A DNA stretch of 64,000 nt from Naegleria gruberi. Taxonomy: Eukaryota. How positions within the stretch are numbered: the first letter of the stretch is position 1; every line of letters begins with the position of its first letter. Positions 10,501-20,884 of this stretch are shown piece by piece. The notes under the pieces were generated by a model. That model worked only from the letters and a program-made list of their open reading frames with translations. It did no database searches and was not told the origin of the DNA. The stretch lies in the NCBI GenBank assembly GCA_000004985.1, contig GG738849.1. The stretch is one strand, 5' to 3'. Position numbers and translations under genes: made by a program.

Positions 10501-11886
10501 TGAACTCTTGAGATTCATTAAACTTGTAGCTGTCAATGGAGATGGTTGATTAGTGATTGGTGTTGTGGTTGAATTCTGTTGTTGTTGTAATAGGAGACTT
10601 GTTGTGGAAGGTGGTGAACCAGCATTACTCTTATTACTATACTCAATTCCAACAAGAACCATTGAAATGGTACCTCCCTCTTTAGCTCTATAAAGCTTTT
10701 CGTATAGAATGTCAACTTGTTGGAAACTTCTACGACTTGCAACATTGTAAACTATGAGAAAACCATCACATTCTTTGAGACATTGATCCATCATGTTGAC
10801 AAATTGCTCATAGATGTCATAAAAGAAGAGTTCTAATTGGTAGGGTTTTCCACCAAAATCGAATTGTTTCTTCATAACGGTTTCGTCAGAGTTGGTTGAC
10901 CTTTTGACTTCTTCTTGCAAGAATTCAGCTGCAATGAGAGAATCTGATAAATCTTCACCTAGAATGGCGATTTTGTAAACTGGATATTGTTCAGCTGTTT
11001 TGGTGACTTCTACAATAGCAGAAGATGGTCGAGGAGATTCTTCTGGTTCAGTTTTGGTTTCTCCCTCATCATTCTTATAGAAACCAAACCATTTCTGGTA
11101 GAAACTCAATTCCTTCTTAATTTCCAACTTGATTGGCTCTTCATGAGTTGTGGCTGTTTCTTCAATTTTCACTTCACTTTCGTTCGTAGGATTACTATTA
11201 GAAACCAGCATTGGAGGTGGTGGAGGCTGTTGAACATTCGAATCTTGATAAACATCTTCCAGTTTAATCAAATCATCATCTCTAGAACTAATTGCATGTC
11301 TTCTAAGATCTTCTCCATCTTGTTCTTGCTCATCTTCACTTTCATCTTCGACATTATTCTTTGATTGAATGTTAATATTGGCAGATGTAGTATTACTTGT
11401 CAATGGTTTACCAAAATCAATAATATCCTCATCATCAATCTTGAATTTAGTCAATTGAACACTGTCTCTACTCGTTTTAGTTTCTAGTGTTGCAGTTGAC
11501 TTGTTACCTTGTTTCTTATTCTTTTTCTTTTGAAAAGTTGTTGCACCACCAGCACCACTAACCACATCAGTTGAACTATTAGCTTTATGAATATATCGAG
11601 AGAGAAAGTTATTCTTCTTTGATTTCAATTCCTTCTCAAATTGAGATGTATCATGAACAGTTGGAGAACTTTCCATTGGAAGAGTTTTACGAGTCAATTG
11701 TTTGCCTGAATTGTTCTGCAGCTGTTGATCATCCTCTTCTTCTTCTTCAGAGGAGTAGGCTGAATTTGAAGATGAAGTCTCTTCCTGTTCATCACCAGAT
11801 TCAATGAGAATGATTTCTTCCTCAGCAAGTATTGAAGACATTTTTTCTTTTGAATATATCTGAATTGGAAAATCTTTCAACAACAT
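7600..11886 (-). CDS. Roco-like giant protein (1428 aa, single exon). Acidic/Ser-rich N-terminus, degenerate Ras/Roc-like GTPase domain, COR-like middle, degenerate protein-kinase domain.
   Basis: GTPase-like block KIAILGEDLSDSLIAAEF…LELFFYDIYEQF…GFLIVYNVASRRSFQQVDILYEKL…MVLVGIEYS aligns to Ras G1-G4 but lacks the P-loop GxxxxGK[ST], the DxxG and the NKxD. Kinase-like block LGNRYLILKRI…LCALKHL…FPSLKLEKILM (HRD-loop Asp replaced)…KLTDWFKPWDF…DDIFRLGCVFYQLITKE. Stop TAA at 7602..7600. Confidence 0.7.
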   Translation of the reverse strand: MLLKDFPIQIYSKEKMSSILAEEEIILIESGDEQEETSSSNSAYSSEEEEEDDQQLQNNSGKQLTRKTLPMESSPTVHDTSQFEKELKSKKNNFLSRYIHKANSSTDVVSGAGGATTFQKKKNKKQGNKSTATLETKTSRDSVQLTKFKIDDEDIIDFGKPLTSNTTSANINIQSKNNVEDESEDEQEQDGEDLRRHAISSRDDDLIKLEDVYQDSNVQQPPPPPMLVSNSNPTNESEVKIEETATTHEEPIKLEIKKELSFYQKWFGFYKNDEGETKTEPEESPRPSSAIVEVTKTAEQYPVYKIAILGEDLSDSLIAAEFLQEEVKRSTNSDETVMKKQFDFGGKPYQLELFFYDIYEQFVNMMDQCLKECDGFLIVYNVASRRSFQQVDILYEKLYRAKEGGTISMVLVGIEYSNKSNAGSPPSTTSLLLQQQQNSTTTPITNQPSPLTATSLMNLKSSTSTSGQLMQDNADLSDSSRKASIVSLSSATKYWNNNNNSTTILSNTTNNKHHSTSLRSNSSSSSIFVTSQNGKERQVSKREGLKKSLYYYVPFIEMNSDEPKSLIQQKVKEIFHDLLREIVQGGNLRYSAVKPQQLTNAQYLTGQLGSSWSGSEKSGEQAVIIENYIPPNQDSYNIVMNSVKALFTNLNVHGYCLNTPINDERELAQVEFLVDHFESYQVTCPVIEICLKRFDFRNVKLKLKQKVTPHNEQQILSFLFDIPLKKKNILQMMFTKSDENYQREINERLIFAIFIATFAKQLYSEQNQQLYDGTFMVSLEDEWNFILNLKNLFESVKKKVKEYASLEELVEDQVIRMVDWMEKKIHLKRGNEVEMLMKFLLQHVTSPIDCYGFERRIRPHVLGNRYLILKRIFSNHHSKIYKSVKVKTSSLCALKHLTNFTKSDLTEVGKGVESMILFPKHPNVMTFSDYTIRRCRSERFEIFIELPYMNGSNLEKRVEFMIRNHRFMNYLELIDVCLQSTKGLSHLHQNSIVFPSLKLEKILMNYNEEKDSSFRSTQSCVTPAGSDFKADLLLFDNSVSNSLSEAKQQELKSVIIKAFDENDTLLGDQHKSNLNVKLTDWFKPWDFSILDGTVQFKNRQVMEQYHNKQHSNEWSTIRSTTPTSTTSSTNHSTLRKQMVLREIMSSNVNNQEKLNFDGDIERYLDEKDDIFRLGCVFYQLITKESFIRLSNLHQHGESSDNSTVSSPTSTTTVIIKKEVDHQELLNGTGQTDGIASSSNTTVGNNLESATIQTNATNFEYVSIEEAISRDEKLTHQIMASKIHMSLLKSEAIPHLISPRLHNPSNNSSINHHSDGFVKISSSETSSPMSASSLLASPPSSERINPSSSTPFNASNETSLNTTPNMEKLKKSFYYCSHQNEQLLIGLLQQMTRLNPNQRPSLKKIILILEVLLKYNQIDQDICETLLSK

Positions 11887-12051
11887 GTAATAATAACTTG
11901 CAGCAGTAACTCGTGGTCTGTAGCATCATCAATGGGACTATTATTGACTTGTTCATCCATTAAAAGAAATGACACTGAAACATACCATCCAATCAACAAT
12001 ATTTCCAAAAAAGTAAAATAGATCAAAATTAGAAAAATTGATCGAAATAAT

Positions 12052-14082
12052 TTATTGCTTTTGTTGAGAAACTTCCCTGAATAATTTGAAAATATCACCA
12101 TTAATATAGTCGTTATCAACAACATTGATCAAGTACCATTCGTCAGAAATTGTCTTTAAGAGAGTATGAGCTTGAGATCCTTCTTCATATAAAGACAACC
12201 AGTGAGTATCCAAAATTTGGAAAGCTTCATCCTTCCAAACTAAGAAAGCATTACTATCAACAACAGTTGGTTGAAGAATTTGTTGAGCTGGGAAAACACC
12301 CCAAGTGACAGCATTCACATAATTATCACCTTGAATATTGGTCTTGACTCTTCCATCCTTTGTGAGAGCTTGATAAGTAACCATTGGATACTTTTCCTTG
12401 ATAATATTTTCAAGAGTTTCAAGATGTTGTGGTGAAATGAAACATTCAACGTAGGCCTTTTGATAGATAAATCCATTCAATGGTCCCCAACCAACAGAAT
12501 CATCAGATGATGAAACACCATTAACCTTTGGTTGAGAATTGGTAGTCAAGAAACCATTCTTATTGAGTTCAATCAATTCATTCTTAATAATATTGGTTTC
12601 TGGAGAGGTAGATTGTTCATTCCATGGAAGGAATGGAATCTTTCCTTCAATAAAGTTAACAAAAACTTGTGAAATTGATTCCAAATTAGCATGTTCAGCA
12701 CCCCAAGCAGCAACAATATTTTCCTTTTCACCAAACTTTCTTCTATAGAAATAGGCAATTTCTTCACCCAATTCACCAAATGCAGGTGATCTAGAATCAC
12801 TCCAACGTCCATTAGGGAATTCATCCCAATGTTGAGTACGATCAATGTATGATTTAACACGATTAGACCAAAAGATTGGACGAACTTCTTCAGCCAAACG
12901 TTTAGCATTAGCAGGTTTAACCCAAGGTAATGATCTTGGAATACTTTCCTTTGGTGAGAGTTCCAATCCTTCAAGAATAGCTTCAGTACTCTTTTCCAAA
13001 TTGAGAGTATAGAAATGGAGTCCACGAATACCATTATCCATCAATGCTCTACAAATAGTGATACATAATTTGATACCATAGGCCTTAACTTCATTATCAT
13101 CTTCCAAATTAAGTTTAGCCATTTCATCATGAACATTTTGTGGAATACTTGTTTTACAGAAAGTGGTCATTCTTTGCCAAGATGCATGATTGTTAATTGG
13201 CATAATACCTGGAATAATTGGACATTTAATTCCGATTTCTCTAGCTTCCTTAACAAACTTTAAGAATTGTTGCCAATCGTAGAACAATTGAGTAACAACA
13301 AAATCTGCTCCAGCATCATACTTTTCCTTCAAGTACATTAAATCCTTTTGATAATCTCCCTCTGGGTGACCTTCACTGTATCCAGCACAAGAAATACCAA
13401 AGTAATCACCATGAGTCTTTCTAATGTGTGAAATTAAATCTCTAGCATACTTGAAACCACCATCAGTTTGTTCCCAATCTTCACTTCCAAGAGGTGGATC
13501 TATATTGTTATATAATAATATATATCATGGTATTGTTAATATTGTTATTATTAAATTAGTGTGTTATTAAATTATTAAAAAAGATCATCATAGTATTATT
13601 ATTATTATTAGTGTAGCATTGGTTTGTAATGATAACAATGATGACAATGATGATGAAGAATGGAATTGGTGACACACATTTAGTTATTAACAAGCAACAA
13701 TAATAAATTATCATTAACACACATATAAATAATAATAAAACAAACCTCCTCTCAAAGCCAAAATATTAGAAATACCCATATCCTTTGCAGTTTGAATAGC
13801 CTTGTCCAATTCTTCAACCTTCATATTAGTACAAGTCATGTGAATTTGAGTTTCAACACCAATCATATTTTGAGCAGTTGCTCCGATTTCAATTGTTTTA
13901 CCAGCAGTACTACCACCAGCTCCCCAAGTAATATCAATAAACATTGGAGCAAGTTTGGCCATACGTTGCAAACGTTGATATAAATTTTCAACGCCTGCAT
14001 CAGTTTTAGGTGGGAAATATTCGAATGAATAAAAGGTCTTGTTTTCTTCAATGCACTGATTGATCTTGTCAATAATCTTCAT
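12052..14082 (-). CDS. MTHFR: Methylenetetrahydrofolate reductase, eukaryotic type with C-terminal regulatory domain. Two exons: 14082..13746, 13499..12052.
   Basis: First in-frame ATG at 14082..14080 (the ORF-track start at 14121 is TTG). FSFEYFPPKT…IDITWGAGGS…HMTCTNM…ALRG|DPP joined across a 246-nt AT-rich intron (GTTTGT…ATAG, 13745..13500). The long second exon carries the rest of the catalytic domain and the eukaryote-specific C-terminal domain. Confidence 0.85.
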
Positions 14083-14483
14083 GTTGTTGTTGTTGTTAGA
14101 TGTGAAGAAGGCTTGGTTCAAGTATTTTTTTTAACACGCATAGTTGAACAGAATTAATAGAGAGAAGGAAAATTGTGAAATTCTTTGGGAAAGAACGATC
14201 AGGTAGAATATTCTTCAACAAAGTAGGTGTGATTACACTCAGAGGGCTGTTCACTTACCATGTTTCCTTGAGGATCGGAGAGAGAAGGAGGTATGACGTC
14301 ACAAAACGTGGCTTATGGATCCTTTTCGGATAGTTTTGTTTTTCATGGCAGTCTTCCTAAAAATATTAAGATGTTGAAATAGCAAAGTTGTACAAGAATT
14401 CAACAAGACACAATGTGCCAATAAACAAGATAAAGGTAGGACTATATTGTAAAATACCTTTATATATTTATGAACATATAGAA

Positions 14484-16748
14484 TTAGGGAATTCTTTTAT
14501 CAAACATCATGTAACGATCGGGGAAGTTTGGAATTACATTATTTGGATCTTGCTTGTAAGCACACAAATTTTTAGCTGCATGACCAATGATTGTGATTGA
14601 TATCAATAATTTGAGAAGGAATAAGCATAAAAATCCAAGCAATGTTATGATAATTGGATAAATTACTTTGGAAAGAGAAGGAATGGCAATTAATGTCTCC
14701 AATGAATCCCAATTATTACTATATCCAAGAACAGCCACAAAGTGAAATAGCCATGGTAGCATTACTTCCATAATCATTCGAAGGGTGTGAGTGATGAGTG
14801 GGCCTTCCAAAAATCCCAATCTTCTTGCAACCTTACTTCTATTTGTATTGTGAAAGAAGGATGAGACAACCACTGAAGTTGTCTCACTCTTTTTTGCTGA
14901 ATCAGAATGAGATATCAAGTCGTCACATAACTTGAGAGTGTACATTCTAAATGTTGATGGATGAATGCTGTTAAACTTGGAGACAAAGGTATGCTTGAGA
15001 GTATCTACTAAAATCTCAGCACAAATCATGAATATGAAAATATGACCAAACTCTTCCAACTTGTCGTCGAGGAAGGAAAATAGTGAGCTAGAGCCTTCCA
15101 GGTTTGTCATAGTTTCAAAGTCATTCAAGTCAACTCCTTCAACAGGCCCAGAGGTTGAATCCACAATTGTTCTCAATGTGTTTTGTACAAAGATCAAAAT
15201 AGTAAACCAAAAAATCTCAAATCTTTCCACTACATCACTACTAGCTAGTTGGAAAAGATTCTCCTTTGTAAATCTCTTGAATACACTACCCTTCAATTCT
15301 ACAAAGTTTGTCGAGATAATCATTGTAAGAAGAGTGTAATTAGAACTATTCAGGGCTGCATTTAAGGTAACAATTCTAATCAATTGTACAATACTATGCA
15401 CATAGAGATAAATCATGTGGAATATGAACATTACTGTCATGTGCCCAAATTCTTTCCACGACCCACTCCTATCATTCAATATACCATTGACAAATTGTTT
15501 GGAAGAATAAAGGAGAGCTATTTGTGAATCTAGACCGAAGGAGGAACACAACTTGTCAAATACATCCAACATATTACCAATCACGTACAACTTTAAAATT
15601 GATTCTCCTCTAATGTAGTGATACAGTAGTGAATAGTCAGTTGTTTGCATGATGAGAATTATATTAATGACGAGGCAGAAAAACTTCACCAAATCAAATA
15701 GGACTGACTCATTCACACTCGGTTTTAATCTGCTATTTCCATTACTCATCTCTCTTAAACATCCTCTAAATGGTAATAGTATAATATATTTTACAATGGA
15801 CCAAATAATTCTCCACAATGATAAAAACACTCTCACAGGAAAGAAGGTCAAATAAAATAGAAATGTGTCCAAACAAATGAAAAATCCAAAGAATAAAAAT
15901 CTCTCCACTCTAATGGGTATCTCAATAAATTTGTACAATTGACCTCTCAATTCTTCATCTGTGAAACAATTATCTTTTGGATCGTGTGATAATTTGATAA
16001 ATCCATTTGGAAAATTATATGGTTTTCCATTTAGAGAACTTTGAGAATTATCACATATTGGTGTTGATTGAGTACTTGTAGGTGTTTCTGCGGACATTAT
16101 AACATCATTAGTAGATTTTCCTTCAGAATTTGAAATTACATTGGGCGAATTTCTTGTTGTCACATTCAATTCTCTGTGCAGATATCTCAAAAAACTATCA
16201 AACCTCTGTAATGGCATTTTCTTTTTCGATTTTAGTTGATTTTCTTCAATGTGTGGTGTTGCTAAATTCAATCGTTCAGAGATTGATCTCGAAGTTGTAT
16301 CAATATTTGGAGATTGCAATGTGTTGCAACCACTATCACTCCCATTGTCACTCGAAGCGGAAGGAGGAGTAAATGGTGAAGTGAGTGATTTTTTCCTCAA
16401 TCTTGTTGTGTTATCAATATTCAAACGAGGTGATGGAGCATCTGAAAAATCAAACACAATTCTTTCTGAAGCTGTTGATTCTCCACCAATTTGTACAATC
16501 TGAATAGGTGATGTTCCACTAGTACTATTATCAATCACGTTATTACCACTAATCAATAATGAATTATTCCGAATATTATTATTACTAATCAAAAAATCAA
16601 TCTGTTGTCCTTCTTCTCCTCCGATCAACCTTTTATCATTGTTATTTGTATCAATCCCATCCCGATCATCCAATTCTACTTCTTCTTCAACAATCCTACC
16701 AAAATTCATCCTAGTACCACTTGATAGATTGGGTGAGTTTGGTGTCAT
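14484..16748 (-). CDS. TAPT1/Emp65-like multipass membrane protein (DUF747), 754 aa, single exon.
   Basis: ATG at 16748. Ser/Asn-rich N-terminus, multiple hydrophobic segments. Core …LYHYIRGESILKLYVIGNMLDVFDKLCSSFGLD… matches my memory of the conserved TAPT1/Emp65 block. Confidence 0.6.
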   Translation of the reverse strand: MTPNSPNLSSGTRMNFGRIVEEEVELDDRDGIDTNNNDKRLIGGEEGQQIDFLISNNNIRNNSLLISGNNVIDNSTSGTSPIQIVQIGGESTASERIVFDFSDAPSPRLNIDNTTRLRKKSLTSPFTPPSASSDNGSDSGCNTLQSPNIDTTSRSISERLNLATPHIEENQLKSKKKMPLQRFDSFLRYLHRELNVTTRNSPNVISNSEGKSTNDVIMSAETPTSTQSTPICDNSQSSLNGKPYNFPNGFIKLSHDPKDNCFTDEELRGQLYKFIEIPIRVERFLFFGFFICLDTFLFYLTFFPVRVFLSLWRIIWSIVKYIILLPFRGCLREMSNGNSRLKPSVNESVLFDLVKFFCLVINIILIMQTTDYSLLYHYIRGESILKLYVIGNMLDVFDKLCSSFGLDSQIALLYSSKQFVNGILNDRSGSWKEFGHMTVMFIFHMIYLYVHSIVQLIRIVTLNAALNSSNYTLLTMIISTNFVELKGSVFKRFTKENLFQLASSDVVERFEIFWFTILIFVQNTLRTIVDSTSGPVEGVDLNDFETMTNLEGSSSLFSFLDDKLEEFGHIFIFMICAEILVDTLKHTFVSKFNSIHPSTFRMYTLKLCDDLISHSDSAKKSETTSVVVSSFFHNTNRSKVARRLGFLEGPLITHTLRMIMEVMLPWLFHFVAVLGYSNNWDSLETLIAIPSLSKVIYPIIITLLGFLCLFLLKLLISITIIGHAAKNLCAYKQDPNNVIPNFPDRYMMFDKRIP

Positions 16749-16952
16749 TTTTTATTACATATTGTTAGTTATTATTCTGATTCTCAACAAAAAATGATTG
16801 AGGCAAATAACAGATTCTTCTGCAAAGATATTTCTTGCAAGCACTTGCTCAATATCAAGTGTTCATCATCATGACTACAACTCCAAAGATACCAACCAGT
16901 TTAATTGGTGCCTACTAGAAAATATTGAAAAAAAATTTGATTTTTTTAAAAA

Positions 16953-18601
16953 ATGAGTGAATCCGATAGAATCAATAACGCAACAACTTCATCGGGAGGG
17001 TATCATCAAGATGTGTATCACTCCTCACCAATATATGAAAGGGGTAGTGGTGGTGGTGACTCTATAAATGATGGTGGTGATGATGGAAGTGGTTTTCGTG
17101 GAATTTTAAAATGGAGAGAATATAATTATTGTGCCTATATTGTTCCTGCCATTTGTTTTGTTCTTACTTGTCTTGTTGTTATTCCATCAGTGATTACTCC
17201 TGCTTTATATTATAGTTATTCTAGAATTGGAAATAGAGCTAGTGATTTGAGTTGTGAATCTACTTGGTAGGTTGTTGTGGAAATGCATTTTCAACAATTT
17301 ATTTAGTTCTTATCAGATTGTTGAAAGTATTCCAATGGGAGTTGATCTCAAACTTGTTCCAAATACCGATTACACATATAATGCTTGGTCTTCAATTATT
17401 TCAAATGCCAAGTCTTCATTGACAATTGCTTGTTTTTATTCAAGTCTTCGTAATGATGCATCTGATGTTTCTGGTGGACAATTTGGTAACCAAGCATTTG
17501 ATAGTATTGCTAATGCTATCAAGAGAGGTATTAAAGTTCGTATTGTTCAAAATATTGCATCAAAGGAATTCCCAGATGATGATACTAGAGCTTTGGAGAA
17601 AATGGGTGCTGAACTCGTTTCAATTGATTGGAGTAAAGCCTTCTCAGGTGGTATTCTTCACACAAAGGCCATTGCTGTTGATGGACAACATTTCTACGTT
17701 GGAAGTGCAAATTTGGATTGGAGATCTTTGGCTCAAGTTAAGGAATTGGGTGTCAAGGTCACAAATTGTGCTTGTTTAACAAAGGATATTGAAAAAATTT
17801 TGGATATCTATTATACTCTTGGAAAGAATATGAATAGTACTTTTGAAGGTTTTAGAGGATGGCCTGAAAATACCTTCACCTCTGTCAATCAATTCTCTAG
17901 ATTGCTCGTTCCATTCGAGAATGAACCTCAAAAGAATGAATCAACTGTCTTTATGAGTGCTAGTCCAAAAATTATTAACGAACCACAAAGAACTAACGAT
18001 ATTGATGCCTTGTTGGCTGTTATTAACAATTCCACTCAATTTGTTCACATTTCTGTAATGGACTTTGTACCACTCTTAATGTATGCTGGTCCACAATTCC
18101 AATATTGGGGAGATATTGAAAGTAAGTATTTTATTAGATTTGTATTTATTCTAAAATTCATTAATAGATGCTCTTAAGGCTGCTATTATGAGAAATGTTA
18201 AAGTCAAGTTGCTTATCAGTAAATGGGATCACACCAAGTCATATCAAATTACTGTATTGCAATCATTGGTTGAATTTGGAGGTAAATTCTGTACTGAATC
18301 TCACAAGTGTACTGGCTCAATTTCTGCTAAAATCTTCCAACTTCCTGATCAACAAGATGCTCCAAAATATCCATTCACAAGAGTCAATCACGCCAAGTAT
18401 ATGGTCACAGAAAAGCAAGCCTACATTTCCACATCTAATTGGAGTAAGGACTACTTCTACACTACTGCAGGTATTTCATTTGTTAGTACCACCCCATCTT
18501 TGAGACAAACAGTTAATAGTATTTTTGAAAGAGATTATTCTTCCATTTATGCTTTTGATTTACCACCTGTCAATACAACTAAACTCTACGAATCCTACTA
18601 A
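16953..18601 (+). CDS. PLD3/PLD4-like (vaccinia K4L-type) two-HKD phospholipase D family protein, type-II membrane anchored. Three exons: 16953..17266, 17307..18121, 18168..18601.
   Basis: N-terminal TM (YIVPAICFVLTCLVVIPSVI). Two HxK(x4)D(x6)GSxN motifs: ILHTKAIAVDGQHFYVGSANLDW and VNHAKYMVTEKQAYISTSNWS. Introns of 40 nt (GTAGGT…TTAG) and 46 nt (GTAAGT…ATAG) with phase-consistent exons. Confidence 0.8.
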
Positions 18602-18716
18602 TTTATTAATAAATAAATAATCCTTTTTCAATTTTATTATTGTTTAAAAAATTGGAATAATTGGTATTATTTTGTTAAAAACATATTTGGTAACATAATT
18701 AAAATGTTGAAATAAT

Positions 18717-20627
18717 TTAATGGAATTTTACATATCTTTCGTGGAGCATTGAGGTAATCTTTTGGAATTTTGCAAACTCTCCATATTCTTCAGAGTCAAT
18801 ATCATTGATTTGTTGCTTGTGAACAACACCAAACTTTTTCTTTACATTTTGAAAGACATCTCTCACCATTGGAATGAGATATTTTTGTTGTGTAATGTCG
18901 ACAAACTTTCTATCAATCAAGGCACAAAACACAACAAGTGGAGTCATCTCATCACTAGTTCTGCATGATTCAAAGTAAAGTTTGATAAGTCCCTCAGTAA
19001 TTGCCAATCTCTTCTCGAGAGCATCCTTCATTACTGTGGATGCTCCTTTGACATCTTGTTGGTGTCTGTAGGCCATCAATAATTTCCAATGAATTTTGAT
19101 ATTGTTAATTTTGAAAAGATTAAGTGATCTCATTCTAGAAAGAATCACCCAAGCCTCTTTCATATTACCAACTCTACAGTAGGCATCAATGAGATCTTCC
19201 ATCATCATGGAGGTTGGTTTCAGTTTCTCCTTAGTTACAGCATAATCATAGATAGTCAACATTGTGTCAATATCAACCTCGTAAGTGTAGTTTGGTGGAA
19301 TGAAGGAACGAATCAAATGTTGGTAAATACTGGTCAGTTCCAAATTCAATCCATGCTTGAACTCGAGAGCATTCTCTGTTGGGGCGACATTGTCAAGACT
19401 TCCCACCACTTTTGCACTGGAATTATCCAAAAAGAATGCAGAGCTACTTCTGTAATCTTTGAACTTTCCTCTATTCAACAATAACCTGTGGAAAAGAGCT
19501 TTTGCTGCCTGTGGATTATAATAAGATCCAGATAGAAATAGTGATATAGAATCATAACATTTCAAATAGAAGAGGCCATATTCGTTTTCCATCAAATCCA
19601 AAGTTTCCATCATGACATTGATATTTCTAGATCCATGAATAACAAATCTAAATGTATCTTCATCAGGCTCATACCCAGAATCAATCATTATAGAAAAGTA
19701 TTTTGAAAGGAGTTCATTTTCCTGGAGAGGGGTTGTCATTGAGTTTGTTGCATCTCTCGACATGTTATCAGTACCAATTAATGCCAAAGCAGAAAGAAAA
19801 TGATTCCAATATGATGTATCCAGCTCAATACAATCATTCCACTGTGTAATTGCTTTTCTATAGTATTGAATGGCCTTGTCAACCTGATTGTCAACTCTGG
19901 ATGCATCGGTAAGGAAAATCAATGTTGTTAAATTAGGATTGATTCCATTCTTTTCCATAAATCTTTCCATTTCCCAAATCTGCTCCGTTGCTCGCAATCT
20001 CAAATAAATATCCATAAACATGTTAAATAAATGTACATCAAAAGCTAATACGTCTGGTCCAATATTATTAGAAATGTCATTTACAAATATAGCTTCCTTT
20101 TTGGCATCTCTGAACATGATGTCAACCTTTCGGAGAAGGGTTTCTCTATCTTGGAGAATTATTTTTCTTTCATTTGGATTATTTAAATAGTGCTGACTTC
20201 CCTGTAGTGCTTGTTTAATATTTGAAGATGATAATATTGTTCTATCATTTTTCAAGTAGCTTTGTTGACAATTTACTAATTTTCTTCTTATCAATGAAAC
20301 TTCATTTCTAATATTAACATTATTCCATCTTTGTGAAAAATTATTTAATAAAAGTCCAATATTTTGTTCATGTTTTGCCTTTAAATTATTACTCTCTTGA
20401 AAATGTTTTAAATTCTTCCTCATAAAATCAATATTGGTCAAGTATTTTCTCTGAATGGTGCTACTCTCAATGACATGATCTTGATGAAAAGCTGATGAAT
20501 AATTTCTTCTTTTATTCCCTTCCGAAGATTTTGAGAATTTTAAAACACCACAATGACCCAATAATAATTGTTTCCTAGTTGTTGATGATGTTCCGAGTAG
20601 GAATGAAACTTTGTTTGTGTTGTTCAT
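18717..20627 (-). CDS. Hypothetical helical-repeat protein (636 aa, single exon). Possibly a PPR/TPR-like organellar protein.
   Basis: ATG at 20627..20625. Continuous ORF, basic N-terminus. Repeated ~35-aa helical-hairpin-like units. No confident family assignment. Confidence 0.5.
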   Translation of the reverse strand: MNNTNKVSFLLGTSSTTRKQLLLGHCGVLKFSKSSEGNKRRNYSSAFHQDHVIESSTIQRKYLTNIDFMRKNLKHFQESNNLKAKHEQNIGLLLNNFSQRWNNVNIRNEVSLIRRKLVNCQQSYLKNDRTILSSSNIKQALQGSQHYLNNPNERKIILQDRETLLRKVDIMFRDAKKEAIFVNDISNNIGPDVLAFDVHLFNMFMDIYLRLRATEQIWEMERFMEKNGINPNLTTLIFLTDASRVDNQVDKAIQYYRKAITQWNDCIELDTSYWNHFLSALALIGTDNMSRDATNSMTTPLQENELLSKYFSIMIDSGYEPDEDTFRFVIHGSRNINVMMETLDLMENEYGLFYLKCYDSISLFLSGSYYNPQAAKALFHRLLLNRGKFKDYRSSSAFFLDNSSAKVVGSLDNVAPTENALEFKHGLNLELTSIYQHLIRSFIPPNYTYEVDIDTMLTIYDYAVTKEKLKPTSMMMEDLIDAYCRVGNMKEAWVILSRMRSLNLFKINNIKIHWKLLMAYRHQQDVKGASTVMKDALEKRLAITEGLIKLYFESCRTSDEMTPLVVFCALIDRKFVDITQQKYLIPMVRDVFQNVKKKFGVVHKQQINDIDSEEYGEFAKFQKITSMLHERYVKFH

Positions 20628-20884
20628 TTTTAAAACTCAAAACTAAATTGCTTCCACACATTATTCAAGTTATCACAACATACAAGTCATTGCATGTTTT
20701 GTATCGTCACTTATTGACAATGAAACAGAATTTTAAATGACCTGCTCAAATATAGTTCATCACTAAGAGGTGTTTGTTTTAGGCGGCACTTGTGATAGGT
20801 CGAGATGTTATCAGAACTCTAGACAATCTGCCTCAATGCATTGCTCGAAGGCATGCTCTCTTATACAGCAAAATACAATAAAAA

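Noticed and set aside
11877-12125. 82-aa minus-strand ORF bridging the MTHFR 3' end and the big Roco-like gene start.
   Set aside because: Falls in the short intergenic/UTR region. Hydrophobic low-complexity translation. The ORF-track start is a non-ATG codon.
13500-13745. 246-nt extremely AT-rich segment inside MTHFR considered as possible intergenic DNA separating two genes.
   Set aside because: Flanked by a consensus donor (G|GTTTGT) and acceptor (ATAG|AT) that join …ALRG to DPPLGSEDW… in phase. It is an intron of a single MTHFR gene.
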